A DNA stretch of 64,000 nucleotides from Octopus vulgaris (Eukaryota). Where the stretch lies: NCBI GenBank assembly GCA_951406725.2, contig OX597833.1, positions 16,864,001-16,928,000 on the forward strand, read 5' to 3'. The notes under the pieces were generated by a model. The model was not told where the DNA came from, searched no databases, and was given only the letters and a program-made list of their open reading frames with translations. The position numbers and the translations under genes are program-made. This document shows positions 53,663 to 64,000 of the stretch, piece by piece. Position 1 is the stretch's first letter. Each line of letters begins with the position of its first letter.

Positions 53663-56189
53663 TGTGCTGATGACACCGCAACGATAGTCTTCCCGACATA
53701 GCGCGAGTTTTTCCCATCAGATGAAGCTAAAACTTTACTTCGTTATTTCCTTCTCTGGCAGAAACATCGTGATTGGTTTGCCATTACCTTCCCCAACTGA
53801 CTGTCCGTTGGCCCACAATAAACTCCTCCGTCCTTCGACCGGTCTTGCTTTTAATTCAGCTGGTTATCCAGATGCCCTCCTGAGGAGAGTAGCAAGGTAT
53901 TCAAGTGAGGTAGCAGGTTTAATCGCCGACATCTCTACCGTGGAGCAAGCAATACTGGTTTGATTTACATGGTACCAGTATGAGGCCTCATCAATGTCTG
54001 CCTACCCTTGATTTTACAGCGACAAGGACTTCTGTATTGGCTATCATGTCCTACCATTTCCTCATACAGATTTTATGAAAACAGGGTAGCTGGAAGCTGT
54101 TTAATTTGTCTATCACATAAGGCCCGTGATTCTGCATTATACCATAGTATCTTTAGTAATACTGTTTGATCCTTTGTATACAGTGAATGGCCTGAATGAT
54201 TATAAAGTTGATTTGCTAGCCTGCCAAAAACAATACTATTCTGAAAGCCCATGACTTTGTGGTTGTGGTGTTCCACTTACGATTACAAGACCGTGGTTTT
54301 AATTCCCGAACTGAGCGGTGCGTTGTATCCTTGATCAATCCACTTCATTTCACATTGCCTCAGTCTACTCAGCTGTAAATGGCTAACCCTGCAACGGACT
54401 GGCTTCCCGTTCAGGGGACTGTTGTGATCTCGGTTACTTATTCTTCATGGGAACCGGGTAACTGGCTTCTTGTGTCCTAGGCCTTGAGACAGCAATGCCT
54501 AGGAGTGCACAATAAAGAAAAGCAGGACTTTTTTTCCAATTCTGGAGGAGAAATCGAGGTTTGTAATCGCCTTACTGGATATTTCATTGCCCAAGTATTT
54601 ACACAGCTCTGCCACTTTTAGCATATTTCTATCAAAGGTATTTGTAAGGCGGCGAGCTGGCAGAAACGTTAGCACGCCGGGTGAAATGCTTAGCAGTATT
54701 TCGTCTGCCGCTACGTTCTGAATTCAAATTCCGCCGAGGTCGACTTTGCCTTTCATTCTTTCGGGGTCGATAAATGAAGTACCAGTTACGCACTGGGGTC
54801 GATATAATCGACATAATCCCTTTGTCTGTCCTTGTTTGTCTCCTCTCTGTTTAGCCCCTTGTGGGTAGTAAAGAAATAGGTATTTGTAAGAGATTCGGGA
54901 AGTCACTAGTTTTAGGTGTGGGTCGGGTCATCATTTTAGTTTTCTTCCTGCTGATCGTGAAGCCAAAGATATTTGCAGCATCCAAGAAACAGTTTCTCAT
55001 TCTTTAGTGTGTCTTCAAGAGTATAGGCAACAAAGGTACAATCATCTGCCAACAGCAACTGACGCATAAACAGTTGTGATGAGTTCGAAATTGACGTCCT
55101 AGCTCACTTCCGCTGTTTCCAGCAATGCGTAGAAGGAAGGTGCGTAGCGTGTGATAGACGCAATGACCATGACAGAGAAAGTTGCCATGGCGATACCTAC
55201 TCGGAAACCTACGCAAAGTTGCAGAAAATGTATGGAGAGAAGTGTATTGCCATTCTTTTGTTTGTCCACTCACTCGTATAAATATGTGTGTGTGTTTATG
55301 TATGTGTGTGTGAATGTGTGTGTGTGTGTGTAATCTACTTACATAGAAATTACAGGGTGAAACTCTGTCAGCGTATCATTATGACCTGAAGCATGGTTAA
55401 CTGTCCCCTATCTCATAAGAAGAGGAATGATATTGACAGGACTACATCGCATCGTCAAAGATACGTCTTTACTATTAAAAAATGCGAGCTAGCTAAATAA
55501 CTGGTGCGTCTAAACTTCTACGCTGTAAAAGATTGTATCATAGCGTAGACGATAACGCCCTCGTCACTAGCAGCTGACCGAAGAATCCTACCTTCCCACG
55601 GATGATGGCATTGTTGTCAAAACTACCTTTAAAGCCAGTCGTAGGAAGAATTGTTCTATTGATAAAACCAAAGAAGCGCCACTAGCAGAATGCAGACACT
55701 CCATTAACAATTTCATGACCATAATTCCAATGAATACACGGCTTGAGTTATTTTTAAAATAATCAAGAATTTACGTGAACTTAGAAAATTGAATAACGCT
55801 TTAATAATCTGTTGGCATTTGAAATACAAAGAATGATCATTTTCACATGAAATAATACCGGAGAATGTTTTACAAACGTTTAAAAACGTGAGAATTTATA
55901 TCACAGAAAGAGAAGCGGTTTCTGGTGTGTCGATATGAAATGGATTAAAGACAGAGAGATCCCGTACAACAACAAAAGACTTAATATTGTTGTATGTGGT
56001 CCGGAAATATTAAATGTGTGTGTGTGTGTGTGTGTCTGTCTCATTCGCACTGCTTGCCAACGGGTATTCGACTTAAGTCATTCGATACAATAATCCAGCA
56101 TGACCGCAGTCCGATGGCTAAAACTAATAAAAAGTAATATATATATATATGTATGTATGTATATATATATGTACATATATATGTGTGTG

Positions 56190-56260
<71 letters not shown>

Positions 56261-57613
56261 ATATGTGTGCATATATGTGTGTATATATGTATATATATAT
56301 ATATATATATAATGTGAGCAAACGTGTACGTACGCCGCTATATGTGTATATAAATTTTAAAAAATGGAATAAGAACGCAACAGATAACAATAAAACATCC
56401 GGACAGATAGACGATACAAAGATGAACAGGAAAACACAAGGACGGGTCATTCGCAGTCTTCTCTCCTCAATATCCTTACAGTTTCGGACCGTTACACTCG
56501 AGACTGTACAAATCTGGTTGACTCCAAAAATCTAAGCTAAGAGCATTAAATATTTTGGAAGAAAGTAAACGAATGTCTACGAAAATTTTTAAAAACGTGG
56601 AAAATTTTACCCAATTACAAATACAAACAATAATAAAATAACAACAGGTGTCTTTCGACTAATAAAGCCGAATAAAGTTGAGCTGGCGTGTATAGAGTGA
56701 AAGCCTTGAGGCAGGAACATTGTAGAACCCTCAATCCAATCGACTAGTGTGGTGTATAATTTGTGAAAGATCCCAATAGTTTTTGAATAAAATACAAACA
56801 ATCGCACATGTATTTATGGCAAACGCGCACACAAAGCATACATAAAGCGTTGTCCATTCGGAATGTCATAATCCGAACAAACAAAAGTCTTGTCACGTTG
56901 TTATTAACTTGCTGAAAAGCTGTGAAGAACAAAACTAATTCTTTTATTTTCTTTCGTTTTGTCTTTAGACTACGACCATGCTGGAGCACCACCCACGATA
57001 TTTTAATCGAACAAATTGACCTCAGCATTTGCTTCTAGGTATTTGATAATTATTCTGTCGATCTAACACAGTGTAGAGACTTGAACCCCATTTTCATTAC
57101 ATAAGTAATACAAGTATATCCACAATATACTTTCCCTCTATCAAATCCTCTCACGAGGCCTTGGTTAGCTCGAAGGTCTTGTAGAACCCGGAACCATTTA
57201 CTACAGAAAAAGGCTTCTTACAACACAGTAACAAGCGCACACGCAAGCGTATGTATATATATATATATATGTATATATATATGTATGTGTGTGAGTGTGT
57301 ATATATATAAATATATATTGGGGCCGACCAAAGCCTTGTGAGTGGATCTGGTAGACGGAAACTGAAAAAACTTATATATATGTATATATGCATATATACA
57401 TGTGTGTGCATGTGTTTGCGTGTCTGTTTGTCCCCCCAACATCGCTTGACAACCGATGTTGGTGTGTTTACGCCCCCGTAAGCTAGAGGTTCGGCAAAGA
57501 AAAAAAACGATAGAATAAGTACTAGGCTTACAAAGAATAAGACCTGAGGTGGATTTCTTCGACTAAAGGCGATGTTCCAGCATGGCCGCAGTCAAATAAC
57601 TAAAACAAATGAA

Positions 57614-57672
<59 letters not shown>

Positions 57673-57800
57673 GAGATAAAACCACTCTTAGGCAAATCTC
57701 TAATTTAATATATATATATTTTACTGTAAAATTGGATTTAATCCTAAATCTAATTTTTCCCTGTAAGTTTAGATTTACTCCCTAATATTATATATATATA

Positions 57801-57872
<72 letters not shown>

Positions 57873-58029
57873 ACAAGCTTCCACATGATTTCCGTCTGTC
57901 AAACTCACTCACAAAGCATTTGTTAGCGCAGGGTGCCATGCAGCGGCGCTGAACATGGAATCACTTGGTTCAAAGTAAACTTTTCCAACCACATTTCTAT
58001 GCTTATACAAGAAAAAACAACAGGACATG

Positions 58030-58596
58030 CATACATACATACATACATACATCATACATACATACATACATACATACATACATACATACATACATACATA
58101 CATACATACATACATACATACATACATACATACATACATACATACATACATACATACATACATACATACATTCATATACATACATACATACATACATACA
58201 TACATACATACATACATACATACATACATACATACATACATACATACATACATACATACATACATACATACATACATTCATTCATACATACATACATACA
58301 TACATACATACATACATACATACATACATACATACATTCATAAATACATACATACATACATATATACATACATACATACATACATACATACATACATACA
58401 TACATACATACATACATACATACATACATACATACATACATACATACATACATACATACATACATACATACATACATACATACATACATACATACATACA
58501 TACATACATACATTCATACATACATACATACATACATACATACATACATACATACATACATACATACATACATACATACATACATACATACATACA

Positions 58597-58628
<32 letters not shown>

Positions 58629-58715
58629 CATACATACATACATACATACATACATACATACATACATACATACATACATACATACATACATACATACATA
58701 CATACATACATACAT
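58030..58715. repeat. (CATA)n microsatellite
   Basis: Directly visible. Confidence 0.95.
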
Positions 58716-59179
58716 AGTACGTACGAACATTGCTTGATGTATGTGTCAGCAAAACACCTTGCTAACTCATAGCAAAGAACGGAAACGAGACGATTAAACA
58801 GCCTAAACGAAGGTGGGCCAGTGATTTGAGAACAAAAATGTTATTTACACAAAGAAACCTTAGACGCGTTCTCGTAGTTATGAAATGTAACAGACAACAA
58901 TACATTTACGAAACGTCAAAATCATGAAAAAAAAAAACAAAAACAAATAGAAAAAATATTATAAAAGCAGTTTAGAAGAAAACATTTAAAAACTAATTTA
59001 TAGGCGTGTTTGAGTGGTAAGAAGCTTTCTTCGCAACCACATGCTTCCGGGTTCAGTCCCACTGCGTGGCACCTTGGGCGAGAGTCATCTACTATAGCCA
59101 CAGGCGGACCAAAACCTTCATAGAGGATTTGGTACACGAAACTGATAAAAACTCATCGTATCTATCTATCTATCTATCT

Positions 59180-59252
<73 letters not shown>

Positions 59253-59255
59253 AAA

Positions 59256-59322
<67 letters not shown>

Positions 59323-59367
59323 CATACATATATATATATACATACATATATATATATATATACATAC

Positions 59368-59496
<129 letters not shown>

Positions 59497-59581
59497 GAAA
59501 TTTACAGTAAAACAAAAGACGAAGACAGGTGTATAAACAACAAGCAGGTGTATTAGTTTGACGCTCGGGAATGTGAGAAAG

Positions 59582-59620
59582 TCTTTTACGTTTCGAGCCT
59601 ACGCTCTTCAACAGAAAAGG
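59582..59620 (-). ncRNA. Minimal hammerhead motif, A6U variant (element 59493-59684)
   Basis: Minus strand TTTT-CTGTTGA-A-GAGC(GTAG)GCTC-GAAA-CG-TA-AAAG. Confidence 0.65.
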
Positions 59621-59698
59621 AACACAAGGAAATAAACAGAGAGGGAGAATTTAAAAAAGAACTTGTGGATTTAGCGGTCAATCATATATATATATATA

Positions 59699-60094
59699 TC
59701 TTTATATATAAAAGTCAAGTTGTGTGTCTGTCTCCTACGATTTAGATTCCTAACTACTCCCACATTTTGCGGTGCAGTTTAACCAAAACCGGGTATCTTA
59801 TAGTCGTGATTCATATCGAGCCCTTCTGGGTATTAGCGCGCGTCTACGATGAGTCTACGATTTAAAAAAAAATTTACCATCATTTTTTCCATTTTAATGC
59901 ATTTTTTCGCTATTATTTAAGGGAAGTAACTCTCTAAAAATGTCTACGATGAGTCAACGATTTAAAAAAAAGTTTACCATCATTTTTCTTCTATTTTTAA
60001 TGCATTTTTTTGCTACTTTTGGCTATAACTCTCTAAAAATGCTTATATAGTTATTTCCCTTACAAACCCGAGCAACGCCGGGCGATACTGCTAG
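59699..60094 (+). mobile_element. Non-autonomous Helitron, same family as 18262-18774
   Basis: Same TC start, shared 5' ~190 bp and identical hairpin/CTAG end; different interior with an internal duplication. Confidence 0.85.
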
Positions 60095-60118
60095 TATATA
60101 TATAAATTTATAAATAAG

Positions 60119-60294
60119 GATAATATCGATATTTAAATATCGATATTATCAAGTGGCCAGCATGGGGATAAATACCATACAAAGGTAATAATTTTTTACA
60201 ACTATAAATAAGGGTATCTGAGAGACACCACCATGCCGAAATCAGGGTTTTGACTGCTATTTTGGCATGGTGGTGTTTCTCAGATACCCTTATT

Positions 60295-60298
<4 letters not shown>
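60119..60298. repeat. 32-bp perfect palindrome plus a 40-bp-arm hairpin
   Basis: GATAATATCGATATTTAAATATCGATATTATC (60119-60150); arms 60203-60242 and 60259-60298. Confidence 0.85.
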
Positions 60299-60384
<86 letters not shown>

Positions 60385-61009
60385 TATATATGTATATAAA
60401 CACACAAGCACTTATATATACGCATGTATGTATGTATGTATTTGTATATATCTATGTGTGTGTCTGTGTGTGAATCTGTCTGTCCCCCCACCCATCACCG
60501 TTTCACAACCGGTGTTGGTGTGTTTACGTTGCCACAACTTAGCGGTTCGGCAGAAAGGATCTGATAGAATAAATGCCGGGCTGTAAGAAGAAACAAGTGC
60601 GAAGTGGATTCATTCCACTAAAAAAACCCTTCGAGATGGTGCCCCAGCATGGTCGCAATCAAATGACTGAAATCTGCAAAAAAATAAAAAATGTTGTCGT
60701 TGCATAGTCTGTTTACTTGTTTTTGTTTTTGTAGTGTGACTCGATGCTGTCGTGTCGTCATAGCCATCGACATCCTGAAGATCAACTTCGTCGTCGCTAT
60801 CGTTATGGTTATCGTCGTCGCTATCGTTATGGTTGTCGTCATCACCATCGTCGTCGTCGTCATCGTCGTCGCTATTCTTATTGTAAACATCATCATCATC
60901 ATCATCATATCGTTGCTCTCTTTAATGCCATCCTCATCATCGTTGTCGCTATCGTTACTGTAGCCGTCACTGAAAAGTACCTGGCATTGGATAAAAGAAA
61001 ATACAGGAG

Positions 61010-62575
61010 AACCAGAGATTTACCAACAATTTAAGTCACGCAGTTCGACCATAAAACGTCGTCGTGAAGTAGGAAACTTGGTCAGCGATTTCCTTGTCAT
61101 TTGACTGCTTCTCAGATTAATCAAAGAGTTGCAGTCTTCTCGTCATGGAAGAGAACATTGGCTACTGAACTTTCCTTGTGCAGATATATCCAACTAAAAC
61201 GGTAATAGTTAAGGCGGCGAGCTGGCAGAAACGTTAGCACGCCACGCCGGGCGAAATGCTTAGCGGTATTTCGTCTGCGTTACGTTGTGAGTTCAAATTT
61301 CGCCGAGGTCGACTTTGCCTTTCATCCTTTCGGGGTCGATAAATGAAGTACCAGTTACGCACTGGGGTCGATGTAATCGACTTAATACCTATGTCTGTCC
61401 TTGTTTGTCCCCTCTGTGTTTAGCCCCTTGTGGGTAATAAAGAAATAGGTAATAGTTAGCACCCAATGGAAACAGAAAATCCATCCCCAAACTTGGACTA
61501 CACCTAAAAAATGTTATTCTCTTCGTTTGATTGGATATAGAGGGTGTCTTTTATTATGAACTTTTAAGCCAAAACGAAATGCGGAGAATATTTGTCAACT
61601 CTTTTACTCTTTTACTTGTTTCAGTCATTTGACTGCGGGCATGCTGGAGCACCACCTTTAGTCGAGAAAATCGTCCCAGGACTTATTCTTTGTAAGCCTA
61701 GCACTTATTCTATCGGTCTCTTTTGCCGAGCCGCTGAGTTACGGGGACGTAAACACACCAGCATTGGTTGTCAAGCGAATTTTAGGGGGACAAATGCACA
61801 TATATACATATTTTTTTTCTAGTTTCAGCTCAGAGCTGCGGCCATGCTGATGCACCGCCGTTTATATATACATATATACGACGGGCTTCTTTCAGTTTCC
61901 GTCTACCAAATCCACTGACAAGGCTTTGGTCGGCCCGAGGCTATAGTAGAAGACACTTGCCCAAGGTGCCATGCAGTGGGACTGAACACGGAACCATGTG
62001 GTTGGTAAGCAAGCTACTTACCACATAGTCACTCCTACGCCAACTGGAAAACATTGGGCAGAAATGTGCAGGAAAAGCAATTGTCATTTGTTAATCTTAA
62101 ATGGATGTTACTCTTATACGACAACGCAAGATCACAAAGTGCCCAAATCACTCAAGTACTTAATCTATCGACTCCGAAAGGATGAAAAGCAAAGTCGACC
62201 TTGGCGGAATTTGAACTCAGAACGTAAAGACAGACGAAACACCCATAAGCCCCGGCACTCATGTAAAGTTTTGCCTCATCTTCTTCCTTATTTTTACTGA
62301 CCTTGCTCCACCTGACTTTCATCTTTTCAGGATTTGTAACATTATTGGGAGGGAAAACCGTTTATCATTTTTGAAGTGGTTAAAAAAAGGATATTTAGTG
62401 TTTCGTTACTTCGAAACCTGAAGAAATTTACGCCCGTAGGATCAACAATTTGCGAAATAGATGTGATTATGTTCTCAATAATGAGAATAAATATCTTGAT
62501 TTTAAATATTGTCAATTAAGACCGATGAAGCATTTGTTTCTTGAAATACGATAGGACCTTCTTTCCAACTTAATA
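61010..62575 (+). pseudogene. Mariner transposase remnant split by SINE insertions
   Basis: Fragments PKLGLHLKNVILFV*LDIEGVFYYELL (~61485), DNAR (~62120) and VLPH..P..DLAPPDFHLFR (~62270; YSPDLAP-like). Confidence 0.7.
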
Positions 62576-62913
62576 TATAAATTATATATAGTAATACAGG
62601 CGCAGGAGTGGCTATATGGTAAGTAGCTTCCTTACCAGCCACATGGTTCCGGGTTCAGTCCCACTGCGTGGTACCTTGGGCATGTGTTTTCTACTAAAGC
62701 CTCGGGCCTACCAAAGCCTTGAGTGTGAATTTGGTAGACGGAAACTTGTTTGACTAAAACCCTTCAAGTTGAACTACCTCGAACCCACAAGAGTAAACAA
62801 GAGAGACAGAGACAGGCAAAACAAGGAAAATGCCACTTGTATTTGAACACTATACAAATATTATTTTTAAAAAAACTTCTCTTTTAAGTTTTTAAAATTT
62901 AATTATTTAATTG

Positions 62914-62955
62914 TTACAGTTGAAAAAGTCTCAATGAGTGAAACCGGTACTGAAA
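62914..62955 (+). ncRNA. Degenerate hammerhead motif with U3-A8-type core
   Basis: CAG-TTGAAAA-A-GTCTC(AAT)GAGT-GAAA-CCGG-TA-CTG; stem I CAG/CTG, stem II damaged. Confidence 0.45.
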
Positions 62956-63007
62956 TGTTTTTTATAAAATTATTTTAGCATTTACTATCGACATTTTTTC
63001 CATGTAC

Positions 63008-63087
<80 letters not shown>

Positions 63088-63602
63088 TTGTGTGTCTGTG
63101 TTTGTCCCCCCAACATCGCTTGACAGCCGGTGCTGGTGTGTTTACGTCCTCGTAAGTTAGCGGTTCGGCAAAAGGGACCGATAGTATAAGTTCTAGGCTT
63201 ACAAAGAATAAGTCCTGGGGGCGATGTGTTCGACTAAAGGTGGTTCTCCAGCATGGCCGCAGTCAAAATGACTGAAACAAATAAAAGAATAAGAATAAAC
63301 GAATAGAATAAATACCTGATGAATTTCATAGATAACTTCAAATGCGTAATTAAATAAAAAAGAAAATTAGACAAAGAAATAGACAGGTAGTTCACTTATT
63401 CAAGAAATATTCATAGAATAGGCGCAAAGTGGCTGTGTGGTAAATAGCTTGCTTACCAACCACATGGTTCCGTGTTCAGTCCCACTGCGTGGCACCTTGG
63501 GCAAGTATCTTCTATTATAGCCTCAGGCCGACCAAAGCCTTGTCAGTGGATTTTGTAGACGGAAACTGAAAGCAGCCCGTTGTATATATATATGTATATA
63601 TT

Positions 63603-64000
63603 TAAGGACGATGAGATGGCAGAAACGTTAGCGTGCCGGGCGAAATGCTTAGCGGTATTTCGTCTGTCGTTATGTTCTGAGTTCAAATTCCGCCGAGGTC
63701 GATTTTGCTTTCATCCTTTCGGGGTCGATAAATAAAGTACCAGTTTCGCACTAGGGGTCGATGTAATCGACTTAATCCCTATGTCTGTCCTTGTTTGTCC
63801 CCTCTATGTTTAGCCCCTTGTGGATAATAAAGAAATAGGTATTTCGTCTGTCGTTATGTTCTGAGTTCAAATTCCGCCGAGGTCAACTTTACTTTCATCC
63901 TTTCGGGGTCGATAAATAAAGTACCAGTTTCGCACAAGGGGTCGATGTAATCGACTTAATCCCTATGTCTGTCCTTGTTTGTCCCCTCTATGTTTAGCCC
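63603..64000 (+). mobile_element. MetaSINE-type dimer running off the window
   Basis: Head AGATGGCAGAAACGTTAGC; junction AAGAAATA-GGTATTTCGTCTG at ~63838. Confidence 0.85.

Noticed and set aside
55400-55990. Possible further DNA-transposon remnant
   Set aside because: No TIR pair or transposase motif could be read with confidence.

Overview
Repeat-dense, AT-rich animal genomic DNA. The SINE families and microsatellite load look cephalopod (Octopus-like); this is inferred, not verified. Only one host gene is supportable: a three-coding-exon RGK-family (Rad/Gem/Rem-like) small GTPase on the minus strand (43449-42819, 38799-38536, 35417-35155; 385 aa), with a TATA-containing promoter at ~43.75 kb and a probable ~4.2-kb 3'UTR ending near 30.9 kb. 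Almost all other ORFs in the track are microsatellite artefacts. The flanks hold tRNA-derived SINEs (MetaSINE-type, V-domain-type and a microsatellite-carrying family), CR1/RTE/RLE LINE fragments, mariner remnants, two non-autonomous Helitrons and several fold-back elements. Three non-coding signals stand out. (1) At least nine minimal type I hammerhead-ribozyme motifs in short Penelope-like elements sitting in (TA)n tracts, including U3-A8 and A6U core variants and a same-strand triple cluster at 28.7-29.2 kb. (2) A 548-bp TRIM-like LTR element whose primer-binding site copies ~50 nt of tRNA-Ser rather than the usual ~18 nt. (3) A MetaSINE whose tail is repeatedly joined to GGTA, both at genomic targets and inside its own body, giving head-less tandem arrays.
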